A stretch of 64,000 nt of DNA from Planctomycetota bacterium (GTDB lineage: Bacteria > Planctomycetota > PLA2 > JAEUHO01). Of the stretch, positions 1-10,289 are shown piece after piece. The notes below the pieces were generated by a model that saw only the letters and a program-made list of their open reading frames with translations, was not told the origin of the DNA and searched no databases. The translations under genes and the position numbers were made by a program. Location of the stretch: positions 190,810 to 254,809 of the forward strand of contig CBDCWP010000034.1 in assembly GCA_965223505.1 (NCBI GenBank), written 5' to 3'. Every line of letters starts with the position of its first letter. Position 1 is the first letter of the stretch.

Positions 1-58
1 AACCCGGCGCCGGCCCGCCGTACGGCAGGGGCTCGACCCGCACGCGAGCAACATGCCG

Positions 59-1600
59 CTAACGCAGCCGCAAGAGCCGGCGCAACGGGTCGCTCGCAGG
101 CGCGTCCCAGAACGCCGACGCGAGCGCGTCGGCGCACCTGACCAGGGCGTCCACGCGGCGTTGGGTCGCCGGATCGTCGAGGTCGAGCGACTCGATCCAG
201 GCGCCGACGCGGTCGAGTCCGACACGAACGAGCGGGCGCAGCGCATCGTTCTTCCGCAAGGCACGGGCGTATCCGGGGCCGTGCTCGTAGTAGAGGCGCA
301 CCAAGCGCCGCCCGGCTTCGCTGCGTCGAAGCACACGGTCGCGAAACTCACGGAAGCGGTCGACTTCGGGTGAGACCGGATTCTCGTAGACCGCGTTGGC
401 GATGAAGCAGTCGAACAACCGGCGGAACGTCTTCCAAAGCTCGACCGCGTCCTTCTTGGCAGCCGGCGTCCACCCCTTGGTGACCGGACCGATGTCGTAC
501 GTCTGTCCGCCTTCGGTGAGCTTGCCCGTCCCGTCCGCACGGCCGATGACGACGGCTCTCTTCAGTGCCGCGTCGTCGACGGATAGCTCCTTCTTGAGCG
601 CCTCTGCGGAGGGAAACGTGCCTCGAAGGGTGAGCAGGATCGTGCCGGAGAAGCCCTTGCCGTCCATCTTGCCTTTGATCTTCAACGCGTATCGGCCCTT
701 CTCGAGGAAGGGATACTCCTTCAGCGCGGCGTCTTGGATGACCAGGATCATCGACTGCGGGTCGTCGAGTGTGGGGTCGAAGGTGAAGTCGTCGACGGTC
801 AGCGTCTTCAGCCAGGCGTCGAGCCGCTTGTTCCACTCTTCGTCGCTCTCGTCCTCCTTCCGCTCCAGGTCCTTCTTCTCGAGATTCATCTTGGCCGCCG
901 CGAAGGCCGCGTAGTAGCGCTCGGCCGGCCCCATGATCTTGCCGAGGTTACCGCCGCAGTGCGCCGTCTCGTCGCCCACGCGTGCCGCCGGCTTGCCGTC
1001 GATGAGCACAGTCGGATCGCCACCGGTGATCTCGAACGTGTTGGATCCGCAGCAGGCCGAGTGGATGCCCTTGTCGCCCTTCCGGGCCGCCGGTAGGCCG
1101 TCGATCGTGACCGTGGGGCTCCCGGAGATGATCGGGCCCTTGACGTCGTGCGGGCACGCGTTGCATCCGTGTGCGCAGTTCGGACAGTGCGCGAGATCGC
1201 CGAGTTTCGCGAACGTCGTGCCCTCGTCGTCCATGGCCTTCGAGCTCACGGCGACCACGTTCCACGATTTCGCGACGTCCTTGCCGCCGACGTTCACCGT
1301 CAGCGTGATCCGATTCGCACCGGGAGCCTTGAACGCAGGACGCGACTCGGCGCCGACCGCAGGCGTGAACGTCCCCGTGCCCGACCAGGCGACCTTGGAG
1401 GACCGATCCTCCGTCTTGCCGTCCTTCGTGACCTTGCACGTGGCGCCGAAGACCCAGCCCTCGGTGAACACCTTCGGGCTCTTGCCGGCCGGATAGGTCA
1501 GCTCGAGCGTGACGTCGGCATCGCCGTCGGGCGCGGAGCCGACCTCGGAACACGGAACGAGGAGCGCGACGATCAGGATCGAAAGAGCGGCGTATCTCAT
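59..1600 (-). CDS. Exported protein with internal PAAR domain and C-terminal CFI-box-CTERM domain (513 aa)
   Basis: ATG at 1600 opens signal peptide MRYAALSILIVALLVPC; Cys/His-rich PAAR region with PAARKGD and PAARVGD; C-terminal CFIANAVY..EVDRFREFRD..L...GRRLVRLYY..GP. Confidence 0.8.
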   Translation of the reverse strand: MRYAALSILIVALLVPCSEVGSAPDGDADVTLELTYPAGKSPKVFTEGWVFGATCKVTKDGKTEDRSSKVAWSGTGTFTPAVGAESRPAFKAPGANRITLTVNVGGKDVAKSWNVVAVSSKAMDDEGTTFAKLGDLAHCPNCAHGCNACPHDVKGPIISGSPTVTIDGLPAARKGDKGIHSACCGSNTFEITGGDPTVLIDGKPAARVGDETAHCGGNLGKIMGPAERYYAAFAAAKMNLEKKDLERKEDESDEEWNKRLDAWLKTLTVDDFTFDPTLDDPQSMILVIQDAALKEYPFLEKGRYALKIKGKMDGKGFSGTILLTLRGTFPSAEALKKELSVDDAALKRAVVIGRADGTGKLTEGGQTYDIGPVTKGWTPAAKKDAVELWKTFRRLFDCFIANAVYENPVSPEVDRFREFRDRVLRRSEAGRRLVRLYYEHGPGYARALRKNDALRPLVRVGLDRVGAWIESLDLDDPATQRRVDALVRCADALASAFWDAPASDPLRRLLRLR

Positions 1601-1659
1601 GCCGCCAGCGTACCGAAGCGCGGTCGGAAGGGGCACCCCCCGTGCTGCGGAGTTCTGCG

Positions 1660-2739
1660 CTATCGGACGATGGGGCGCGCGTTCGACACGTCGCTCAACC
1701 GATACCGGATCCGGTTCGTCATGAGGTTGTCGCGCAGCTCCATGATCTCGGGGTGGACGGGATCGATGTAGGACGCCCGCGCGGTGTACCGCTCCGCCTT
1801 CGTCCACACCGTCGCATCGTGCATGAACCACGCCATGCTCAGCAGCAACGTGAACTGTGCCTCGTCCAGCTCGTTGAGCTTCGTCAGCACGTCGCGGCGC
1901 ATCTCGCTGCCACGCGGCAGGATGCGGCGCAGGCGTCCGAGGTTGCGTCGCGACTGCTGGAAGTTGCCGTCGGCCTTCTCGGCGAGCTTGCGCGCCTTCG
2001 AGACCGAGCCCCGTTCCTGCGCCTTCTTGCACTCCGCGGTGCCCTTGATCCCGAGCTGCAGCAAGCGGACCGCGTCGGCCATGCGCTTGATGATCTCCTT
2101 GTTCTTCTTCAGCTCGACCGTGGCTTTCTCGAGCTCGGCCTTGGCCAGCGCGGCTTCCTTGTCGAGCTCGCGCACGCGCTTGACCAGCTCGTCGATCAGC
2201 TTGTTGATCTCCCGCGCGTTCGGCGCCGACGCGAAGTGGAGCCGCAGCTCGCCGGCCGTCTTCAGCGCCGCCTCGAGATCGCCGGCTTCGGCCTGCTTCT
2301 TCGCGCGGTTCACGCCCGCGCGGACGGCGTCGGTCTCCGCCGCCCGTGCCAAGCCCTCGAACTGCTTCTTGTTGATCGCTCCGAGGTAGTACGCCTTCTC
2401 GTACTCGGTGCGCGCTTCGGCATAGAGCCCGATGTCCGCCGCCAGCTCCGCGAGCTTCATGCGCGCCTTGCCGTCGGCGGGCGGCGCGAGAGCGGCCTTC
2501 ACGCGGAAGACGCCCAGCGGCGTGATCTGCGTCCACGGCACGCGGCGGACCTTGTCCGGACCGACCGCCAGCACGACCTCCTTGGCCGACGCGGACTGCA
2601 CGACGCCCGTGAGCGACTTGCCGTTCAGCAGCGGAATCTCGACAGGTCGCTCGTCGCCCGCCAGCGCGGGGAGGGCTCCCAGGAAGAGCAGGGTCAGGAG
2701 CGCGATGGCCGGCACGCGCAGGGGACGGATTCCGGGCAT
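1660..2739 (-). CDS. Exported helical/TPR-like hypothetical protein
   Basis: Signal peptide ending ALPALA; Lys/Glu-rich coiled coil; GGAG SD upstream. Confidence 0.75.
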   Translation of the reverse strand: MPGIRPLRVPAIALLTLLFLGALPALAGDERPVEIPLLNGKSLTGVVQSASAKEVVLAVGPDKVRRVPWTQITPLGVFRVKAALAPPADGKARMKLAELAADIGLYAEARTEYEKAYYLGAINKKQFEGLARAAETDAVRAGVNRAKKQAEAGDLEAALKTAGELRLHFASAPNAREINKLIDELVKRVRELDKEAALAKAELEKATVELKKNKEIIKRMADAVRLLQLGIKGTAECKKAQERGSVSKARKLAEKADGNFQQSRRNLGRLRRILPRGSEMRRDVLTKLNELDEAQFTLLLSMAWFMHDATVWTKAERYTARASYIDPVHPEIMELRDNLMTNRIRYRLSDVSNARPIVR

Positions 2740-2991
2740 GGGTGAGTCTCCAGGACCATTCTAGGAACGCCGCGCGCCCGCGAACGCCTCCAGTTTCCCA
2801 TCGGGCCCGGCACGGGCTCTCAATTGCCGTCCCGCTCAACGCAGGGCGCCATCGTCTCTTCGCGAGACCGGTGAGACCGAAGCGAGCCGGAGCGACGACG
2901 AGGGTTCCGGCCGGAGGCGTGCTTCAGCACGTCGAGGACCGGGTTCCGAGTCGGTGCCCGGCGCAGCGAGGGGATCGCCGGTCGCAGCACG

Positions 2992-4083
2992 CTAGCCGGC
3001 GCCGCTCCCCTTCAGGACGTTGGTCCGGTCCAGGACCCGCTTGTACTTGTCCAGCAGGTCGGCGGCGTTGATCCGCTGGTCGCGGTGCGTCGCCGGATCC
3101 GTGATCTTGAGGTACTGCTCGAGGTCGCGCACCGCCAGGCTGTACTGGTGCAGGTTGGCGTAGGCCTGGGCCCGCTCCACGTACGCGGCGGGGACGGCCG
3201 AGTCCATCTCGATCACCTTGCTGAACTCGCGCACCGCCGAGCCGAACTCGTCGCGGCGCATGTGCACCGAGCCGACCAGCAGGTGCATCTTCTTTTCCTT
3301 CTCCGCGGCGCCGTGCATCTTCTCGAGGAAGAACTGACGCTGCTGGCGCGTGACGTTCTGGGTGCCCGCCGTCTTGATCCAGTCGTCCATCTCGCGCTTC
3401 CAGTTCTGCTGGCTGCGACGGCTGAGCTCGATGTAGCGCTTCGCGTAGTCGAGTCCTGCGGTGTCGTTCCCGAGCTGCAGGTGTGCCTTCGCGAGGCCGG
3501 CGAGCGCGTACTGGTTCTCCTTCGAGGTCGCCAGGACGCGCTCGTAGATCGGCACCGCCTTGCGCAGCAGGTCGTTGCGCTTCGTGGTCTGGATCGAGAG
3601 GTTCGTGTTGGCCTCGGCGCGGTCGATGTTGGGGTTGTGGGCGAGACGGTGCTGGATCAGCCGTACGTCGCGGTCGTAGTAGTCGGCCAGCGCCGAGTAC
3701 ACCTGCGCGTAGTCCTTCTGGACCTCGAACCGGCGATCACCGTGCTCCGGGTGCGTCCAGTCGAGCCCGACGATCTCCTTGTAGTATGCCTCGGCCGTGC
3801 GCAGCGCGTCCACGCTGCCGATGCCGTACAGTGCGCGCGCCTTGCCCCACTTGGCCTTCTTGTTGTTGGGGTCCTCGAGCAGGACCTTGTCCCACTGCTC
3901 GACGGAGTCCTCGTAGCGGCGCCCCTCGTAGTAGGTGAGCGCGTGCGACTCGTAGTACTCGATCTTGGCCTGGCGGTCCTTCTCCTCGTCGCGATCGTCG
4001 GGCGTGAGGGGGATCGAAGAACCCTGGCAACCCGTGAGCACGAGCAGGCCGGCGAGGGCGAAGGAAGCGGCGATGGAGCGCAT
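2992..4083 (-). CDS. TPR-repeat lipoprotein
   Basis: SD AGGAG; lipobox LTGC; several TPR motifs (e.g. AYVERAQAYANLHQYSLAVRDLEQYL). Confidence 0.85.
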   Translation of the reverse strand: MRSIAASFALAGLLVLTGCQGSSIPLTPDDRDEEKDRQAKIEYYESHALTYYEGRRYEDSVEQWDKVLLEDPNNKKAKWGKARALYGIGSVDALRTAEAYYKEIVGLDWTHPEHGDRRFEVQKDYAQVYSALADYYDRDVRLIQHRLAHNPNIDRAEANTNLSIQTTKRNDLLRKAVPIYERVLATSKENQYALAGLAKAHLQLGNDTAGLDYAKRYIELSRRSQQNWKREMDDWIKTAGTQNVTRQQRQFFLEKMHGAAEKEKKMHLLVGSVHMRRDEFGSAVREFSKVIEMDSAVPAAYVERAQAYANLHQYSLAVRDLEQYLKITDPATHRDQRINAADLLDKYKRVLDRTNVLKGSGAG

Positions 4084-4163
4084 GTTTCGACTCTCCTGTC
4101 TGAGCCCCGAATTCTGCGCCGAACGGGTCACATCGTCGTCATACGCGCCTACCGTTACCCGCG

Positions 4164-5627
4164 TTAGGCTCTCGGCCGCGAGGCCTGGAGCCGGGCCCTG
4201 CGCGCCGCATCCAGACGCACGGTCAGCGTCTTCGCGCGCTCGACCGTGACCAGGCCCGGCGCGGCGCTCTTGGGCTTGCGCACGTAGCGCCGTTCCACAT
4301 AGTCGACCTCGTTGTGCTCGGCCTCGCGGCGCTTGCTGAACAGGCACGCGAGCTGCGCCGCGTCGAGGAGCGTGTCCTTCGGCACGGTCTTGCCGCGCGG
4401 TGTCGGAACGATGACGTGGCTGCCCGGCGCGCCCCGCACGTGCAGGAACAGGTCGCCCGGCTTGGCGATGCGAAGCGTGAGCGCGTCACTCTCCCGCGCG
4501 TTGCGCCCGACCCAGATCGGCCATCCGTCGAGCGAGACGAACGCCCGGTATCCGGCCGCTTTCGCCGGCTGCCGCTTGGGCGTCTGCGGACGCAGGGCGG
4601 CTTCGATGTGCGTCCGCGTCTCCGTGTCGAGCGTCGCCAGCGCAACCGTCAACGCGTCTTCGTCGTCGAGCTGGTCGAGCGCGGCGAGGGCACGTTCCAC
4701 GCGCGACACCGCGTCCGCGACCGCGTCGATCGCCGATCCCGCGCGTTCGGCCGCGGCTCTGAGCTTGCGTTCGCGGCGGAAGCACCACGCGACCTGCTCG
4801 CCCGGCTCGAGCCCCGGCCGAAGCGGCACCTCGACTTCGCGTGGCGGATCGGACTCGTAGTCGAGAACGGTGACCTGCTCGAGGCCGGGTCGCAGCAGGT
4901 GAAACGAACCGCGCAGCAGCTCGCCGCGACGACGAAGCTCGTCCGCCTCGGCGCCGCCGTCGCGCGCCTGCTGAAGCTGCGTGAGGCGCTTGCCGAGGGT
5001 GCGTTGCTTCTTCTTGAGCGCGCGCCGAACCATGGCGCGCGACCGCTCGGACGAGCGCTGCTCGCTCTCCCCCTCGTAACGCTCGACGAGCTGCGCGGAC
5101 GCCGAGCGACCCGGCTCCGGCGCGGCGTCGTTCTCGGGCGCCTTCCGTGCCGGCACGGGTTCGAACGTGTCACCCACGGCAGCCGCGCGGGTCTTGGCGA
5201 CCTCGCCGCGGCATGTGACCCGTACGACGTCTTCCTCGTCGAGGACGTAGACGTTGGCCTGCCGTCCGAACAGCTCGATCCAGAGCGTGCGTTCGGCGCC
5301 GCGAAGCGTGAAGCGCAGCGCAGCGGCGCGTTCGCCGGAGACGGTCGCCGCGCCCTCGAAGCGTGCGCCCTGGAGAAGATTGCGCATCGATGCCGCGAGC
5401 GCGCTCGGCTCGGGCGGCGCCTTCGCCGGTGCGTCCAGATGCATGCGCGGAAAGTCGGGATCGAGGTCGATCACGATGTCCGCGCGTCCGTCGGACGCGT
5501 CGAGCGCGACACGAAAGCGAAAACGATCGTCCTGGTGAACGGCGCGGACCTTGGCCGGTGCGCGGGCGTCGATCTCCGCCGCGATGGCGCTCAGCCATGC
5601 CGGAGTGATGCCCCGCAGCGTCGTCAT
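4164..5627 (-). CDS. rqcH: NFACT family protein (RqcH/FbpA-like) with NFACT-R domain
   Basis: IELFGRQANVYVLD N-domain; IWVGRNARESD.LT, FLHVRGAPGSHV, VDY..RRYVRKPK C-domain. Confidence 0.8.
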   Translation of the reverse strand: MTTLRGITPAWLSAIAAEIDARAPAKVRAVHQDDRFRFRVALDASDGRADIVIDLDPDFPRMHLDAPAKAPPEPSALAASMRNLLQGARFEGAATVSGERAAALRFTLRGAERTLWIELFGRQANVYVLDEEDVVRVTCRGEVAKTRAAAVGDTFEPVPARKAPENDAAPEPGRSASAQLVERYEGESEQRSSERSRAMVRRALKKKQRTLGKRLTQLQQARDGGAEADELRRRGELLRGSFHLLRPGLEQVTVLDYESDPPREVEVPLRPGLEPGEQVAWCFRRERKLRAAAERAGSAIDAVADAVSRVERALAALDQLDDEDALTVALATLDTETRTHIEAALRPQTPKRQPAKAAGYRAFVSLDGWPIWVGRNARESDALTLRIAKPGDLFLHVRGAPGSHVIVPTPRGKTVPKDTLLDAAQLACLFSKRREAEHNEVDYVERRYVRKPKSAAPGLVTVERAKTLTVRLDAARRARLQASRPRA

Positions 5628-5637
5628 GCAACCGCCG

Positions 5638-6099
5638 TTAGTCGTTGGCGTCGTAGACCCACTTGAGGCGGTCGAGCTCGCCTTCGACCAAGCCGTCGGG
5701 GAAGAACAGGCCGAGCTCCTTCTCGGCGGCCTCGGGGCCGTCGGATCCGTGCACCAGGTTGAACGACCGGCTCATGCCGTAGTCGCCGCGGATGGTGCCG
5801 GCCGGGGCCGCGCGACCGTCGGTCGGACCCATGAGGCCGCGAACGACGGGGATGGCGTCGTCGCCGCGCCACGCCATGGCGACGATGGGGCCGGAGCTCA
5901 TGAAGCCGACGAGACCTTCGAAGAACGGCTTCTCGACGTGCTCGCTGTAGTGCTGTGCGAGCAGATCGCGGGTGCAGACCATCAGCTTCATGCCGACCAG
6001 CTGCAGTCCCTTCGCCTCGAAGCGCGAGATGACCTGTCCCACCATGCCCCGCTGGACGCCGTCCGGCTTGACCAGCACCAGGGTCGTTTGCTCCGCCAT
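5638..6099 (-). CDS. ndk: Nucleoside diphosphate kinase
   Basis: KPDGVQRG, PGTIRGD-like, NLVHGSD motifs. Confidence 0.97.
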   Translation of the reverse strand: MAEQTTLVLVKPDGVQRGMVGQVISRFEAKGLQLVGMKLMVCTRDLLAQHYSEHVEKPFFEGLVGFMSSGPIVAMAWRGDDAIPVVRGLMGPTDGRAAPAGTIRGDYGMSRSFNLVHGSDGPEAAEKELGLFFPDGLVEGELDRLKWVYDAND

Positions 6100-6319
6100 G
6101 TCGATTCCTTTTCTGGGGTTCGGTTGGCGAGATTGTCAACGGCGCGGGCTCGTCGCGAAGAAGAGTCCGCCGCGCCCCATGGCGATGCCGGGTTTTTCCC
6201 TCGACATTCGAACCGGCGAACCCGGCGTCTGCGTGCAAAGTATCGATCCCGGCCTCCGGACGCGGACGGAGAGAAGCAGCCTGCTTCGCGGCGACCGCGT
6301 CGAGGGAAAGAGCAGTCTC

Positions 6320-6841
6320 GTGACCACCATTCTCGCCATTCACAAGAACGGCCGATCCGTGCTGGGCGGCGACGGCCAGGTCACGCTCGGCGATCACGTC
6401 CAGAAGCACGGCGCGGTCAAGGTGCGCGCGCTGAACGACGGCAAGGTCCTCACCGGCTTCGCCGGCGGCGCCGCCGACGCGCTCGCGCTGTTGGAGCGCT
6501 TCGAGGCGAAGCTCGACGGAGCCGGCGGCCGACTGCGCAAGGCCGCCGTGGAGCTCGGCAAGGACTGGCGCACGGACCGCGTGCTGCGGCGCCTGGAAGC
6601 CGTGTTGCTGCTCGCCGACAACGACGAGCTGTTGCTCGTCTCGGGTAACGGCGACGTGATCGCGCCCGACGACGGCGTCCTCAGCACCGGCAGCGGCGGC
6701 GCCGTCGCGGCCGCTGCGGCGCGCGCGCTGTCGCGTCACTCGGACATGGACGCCAGGGCGATCTGCGAGACTGCGCTCGGGATCGCCGGCGAAATGGACC
6801 TCTACACCAACGACCACATCACGATCCTCGAAGCGACCTAG
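6320..6841 (+). CDS. hslV: ATP-dependent protease peptidase subunit HslV
   Basis: GTG start then catalytic Thr (TTILA), GDGQVT, GFAG..ADA, KDWRTDRVLRRLEA, GSGG. Confidence 0.95.
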   Translation: MTTILAIHKNGRSVLGGDGQVTLGDHVQKHGAVKVRALNDGKVLTGFAGGAADALALLERFEAKLDGAGGRLRKAAVELGKDWRTDRVLRRLEAVLLLADNDELLLVSGNGDVIAPDDGVLSTGSGGAVAAAAARALSRHSDMDARAICETALGIAGEMDLYTNDHITILEAT

Positions 6842-6869
6842 CATCGCGCCCCCGGAAAGACGGACTCCC

Positions 6870-8267
6870 ATGTCCCGCATCAAAGACAAGGACCTCACGC
6901 CTGCGCGTATCGTCGCGGAGCTCGATCGCTACGTGGTCGGACAGAAAGACGCGAAGCGCGCGGTCGCGGTGGCGATTCGCAATCGCTGGCGCCGGATGCA
7001 GCTTTCCGACGACATGCGCGAGGAGGTCCTGCCGAAGAACATCCTCCTGATCGGCGCGACGGGCGTCGGCAAGACGGAGATCGCCCGGCGCATCGCCAAC
7101 CTCATCGACGCGCCCTTCACGAAGGTGGAAGCGACGAAGTTCACCGAGGTCGGGTACGTCGGGCGCGACGTCGAGCAGATCGTGCGCGATCTCGTCGAGA
7201 ACGCCATCGCGGTCGTCCGCGAGAAGGCGCGGCGACGGGTGCAGCGCAAGGCGGAGGAAGCGGCCGAGCAACGGGTGCTCGACGCCTTGATCGCGGACTT
7301 CGACCCGCGCGACGTCGATCTCGACCCGAACAAGTTCGACTCCACGACGAGCGCCCAGCCGGTGCAGTACGACATGGCCGCGATGCGCATCAAGTTGCGT
7401 GAGCGCTTGCGGGCAGGCGCCCTCGACGACCGCGAGATCACGATCGAGGTGCGCGAAGAAGGCCAGGCGCTCGGCAGCATCTTCGGCGATCAGACGTTCG
7501 CGCAAACGGGGATCGACTTCAGCAAGCTGATGAAGTCGATGGGGCGCGAGCCGCCGTCGAGCACGAAGTCGCGTCGCACGACCGTCAAGGAGGCGCTCGA
7601 GACGTTGGCGACCGACGAAGCGGAGCGTCTCGTCGAGGGAGCGGGCGTGGAGCAGGAGGCGATCCACCTCGTGGAGAACTCCGGCATCGTGTTCGTCGAC
7701 GAGATCGACAAGGTCGCGGGCCGCTCGCAGGGCGGCTCGGGCCCGGACGTGTCGCGAGAGGGCGTGCAGCGCGATCTGCTGCCGCTCGTCGAGGGATCGA
7801 CGGTCTCGACGCGGCACGGTCCGGTGCGCACGGATCACATCCTGTTCATCGGGGCGGGCGCGTTCCACGTCAGCAAGCCGTCGGATCTCTTGCCGGAGCT
7901 GCAGGGCCGGTTCCCGATTCGCGTGCGACTCGACGACCTCACCGAGGCGGACTTCGTTCGGATCCTGCGCGAGCCGCGGAACGCGCTGCCGAAGCAGTAC
8001 GAGGCGTTGCTCTCGACCGAGAAGCTCAAGCTGTCGGTGACGGACGACGGGATCGAGGAGATTGCTCGCGTCGCGGCGCGCGCCAATGCCGAGCACGAGA
8101 ACATCGGGGCGCGGCGGCTGGCGACGGTGATCGAGCGGGTGTTGGACGGCGTGTCGTTCGACGCACCGCAGATGGCCGGCGAGAAGGTGAAGGTCGATCG
8201 CGCCTATGTGCGTGAGCGTGTCGAGGACCTCATCGAGGACCGCGATCTGTCGAAGTACGTCCTGTAG
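6870..8267 (+). CDS. hslU: ATP-dependent protease ATPase subunit HslU
   Basis: PKNILLIG.TGVGKTEIARR, EATKFTEVGYVGRD, DEIDK, PELQGRFPIRV. Confidence 0.97.
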   Translation: MSRIKDKDLTPARIVAELDRYVVGQKDAKRAVAVAIRNRWRRMQLSDDMREEVLPKNILLIGATGVGKTEIARRIANLIDAPFTKVEATKFTEVGYVGRDVEQIVRDLVENAIAVVREKARRRVQRKAEEAAEQRVLDALIADFDPRDVDLDPNKFDSTTSAQPVQYDMAAMRIKLRERLRAGALDDREITIEVREEGQALGSIFGDQTFAQTGIDFSKLMKSMGREPPSSTKSRRTTVKEALETLATDEAERLVEGAGVEQEAIHLVENSGIVFVDEIDKVAGRSQGGSGPDVSREGVQRDLLPLVEGSTVSTRHGPVRTDHILFIGAGAFHVSKPSDLLPELQGRFPIRVRLDDLTEADFVRILREPRNALPKQYEALLSTEKLKLSVTDDGIEEIARVAARANAEHENIGARRLATVIERVLDGVSFDAPQMAGEKVKVDRAYVRERVEDLIEDRDLSKYVL

Positions 8268-8275
8268 CCGACAAT

Positions 8276-8358
8276 CGGTACCGGGTTTTTTCCGACGGAC
8301 ACGCGGGGGCGCGCACGGCGCGGACGCGTCCCGACCCGTCGAAAAAAACCCGGTACCG
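8276..8358. repeat. Intergenic 23-bp inverted repeat (REP-like palindrome)
   Basis: cggtaccgggttttttccgacgg (8276-8298) vs ccgtcgaaaaaaacccggtaccg (8336-8358), one mismatch. Confidence 0.75.
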
Positions 8359-8430
8359 TATGACGACCGTGGTCGGCAACCGGGACGCCGGTACCCTGTG
8401 CCGTTCCCGCCACGGATGCACGAGAGCAAC

Positions 8431-10257
8431 ATGAAAACCACGCTGCGTACACACACCTGCGGCGAGCTGCGGTCCGATCACGTCGGCGACACCGTCACGC
8501 TCTGCGGCTGGGTCAACGTCGTCCGGAACCAGGGCGGCGTTCTGTTCGTGGATCTCAGGGACCGCTACGGCGTCACCCAGATCACGTTCCGCGGCGACAA
8601 GGACGCAAGCCTGCTCGAGAACGCCGAACGCGTACGCCCCGAGTGGGTCCTGCGCGTCACGGGCGCCGTCATCCGACGCCCGCCCGAGGCCGCGAACCCC
8701 AACCTGGACACCGGCGAGATCGAGGTCGAGGCCGACGCGCTCGCGGTGCTCTCCGAGAGCCGCACCCCGCCGTTCCCGCTCGACGACCGCTCCGAGGTCA
8801 GTGCCGAGATCCGGCTACGCCACCGCTACCTGGACCTGCGACGTACGCACATGACCAAGATGATCGCGGGGCGCGCGGCCATCGCGTCCGACGTACGCGC
8901 CCATCTCGAGGCCCACGGATTCGTGGACATCGAGACGCCGACGCTGATTCGCTCGACCCCGGAAGGCGCGCGCGACTATCTCGTGCCGAGCCGCGTGCAT
9001 CCGGGCACCTGCTACGCGCTTCCGCAGTCGCCGCAGCTCTTCAAGCAGCTGCTGATGGTGGGGGGGCAGGACCGCTACTACCAGATCGCGCGCTGCTACC
9101 GCGACGAGGACCTGCGCGCCGACCGCCAGCCCGAGTTCACGCAGGTGGACATCGAGGCGTCGTTCGTCGAACAGGACGACGTGTTCGAGCTGCTCGAGTC
9201 GCTCACCGTCGCGCTCGTGAAGAAGTGGCGCGGGCACGAGCTGACGGCGCCGTTCCAACGCATGACGCACGAGGAGGCGATGCGCCGGTTCGGCAGCGAT
9301 CGGCCCGACCTGCGCAACCCGCTCGAGCTCGCCGACGTCTCCACCGCGGCGGCCGCCCTCGGCTTCGCGCCGTTCGAAGGCGCGGTGTCGTCCGGCGGCA
9401 TGGTCAAGGTCCTCGTCGGACCCGGCGCGGCGAAGCTGTCCCGCAAGGAGATCGACGCGTTCGAGTCCGAGGCGCGCTCGATGGGCGCACCGGGGCTGGC
9501 CTGGACCAAGCTCGGCGAGGAGAAACCCACCGGACCGCTGGCGCGGTTCCTCGACGGCGACGCGGGCAAGGCTTTCCTCGAGGCTGCGGGTGCGAACACG
9601 GGCGACCTCGTCTTGTGCGCGGCCGGCGACGCCGCACTCGTCCACCGCATCCTCTCCGCGCTGCGCGATCGCATGGCGCAGAAGCTCGAGCTCGTCGACA
9701 CGACGTGCACCGCCGTGCTCTGGGTGACGGACTTCCCGTTGCTTGCATGGAACGAGGACGAAGGGCGCTTTGCCGCCGAGCACCACCCGTTTACCTCCCC
9801 GCGCGACGAGGACCTCGACGCGCTGTTCGAGGCGGCGGAGAGCGGAGTGAGCGAGGAAAATCGCGCACGCGTCGCGACGATCTGTTCCAAGGGCTACGAC
9901 CTCGTCCTCGACGGCCACGAGCTCGCGGGCGGGAGCATCCGCATCCACCGGCAGGACGTGCAGCAGGCGGTCTTCCGCTTGCTGGGCATGGACGCCGCGG
10001 AGGTCGAGCGCCGCTTCGGTTGGTTCGTCGAGTCGCTGCAGTACGGAACCCCGCCCCACGGCGGGATCGCGATCGGGTTCGACCGACTCGTGATGTCGCT
10101 GCTGGGCGACCAGGGCATTCAGGACGTGATCGCGTTCCCGAAGACGCTGAACGCGTCCGACCTGATGTGCGACGCCCCCGCCGCGGTCGAGCCCAAGCAG
10201 CTCGACGAGCTGGGTTTGGCCTGGAAATCGAAATCGGGGGCCGACGAGAATCGTTGA
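8431..10257 (+). CDS. aspS: Aspartate--tRNA ligase
   Basis: RTHTCGELR, DLRDRYG, TPEGARDYLVPSR, ALPQSPQLFKQLLM, PPHGGIAIGFDR. Confidence 0.97.
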   Translation: MKTTLRTHTCGELRSDHVGDTVTLCGWVNVVRNQGGVLFVDLRDRYGVTQITFRGDKDASLLENAERVRPEWVLRVTGAVIRRPPEAANPNLDTGEIEVEADALAVLSESRTPPFPLDDRSEVSAEIRLRHRYLDLRRTHMTKMIAGRAAIASDVRAHLEAHGFVDIETPTLIRSTPEGARDYLVPSRVHPGTCYALPQSPQLFKQLLMVGGQDRYYQIARCYRDEDLRADRQPEFTQVDIEASFVEQDDVFELLESLTVALVKKWRGHELTAPFQRMTHEEAMRRFGSDRPDLRNPLELADVSTAAAALGFAPFEGAVSSGGMVKVLVGPGAAKLSRKEIDAFESEARSMGAPGLAWTKLGEEKPTGPLARFLDGDAGKAFLEAAGANTGDLVLCAAGDAALVHRILSALRDRMAQKLELVDTTCTAVLWVTDFPLLAWNEDEGRFAAEHHPFTSPRDEDLDALFEAAESGVSEENRARVATICSKGYDLVLDGHELAGGSIRIHRQDVQQAVFRLLGMDAAEVERRFGWFVESLQYGTPPHGGIAIGFDRLVMSLLGDQGIQDVIAFPKTLNASDLMCDAPAAVEPKQLDELGLAWKSKSGADENR

Positions 10258-10289
10258 TCCCGCTACCGTCCCGATCGAGGTGAACTGAC

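Noticed and set aside
1601..2839. N-terminal 413 aa of the 926-aa ORF
   Set aside because: Arg/Gly-rich off-frame read of the real gene 1660-2739; the true start with signal peptide is at 1600
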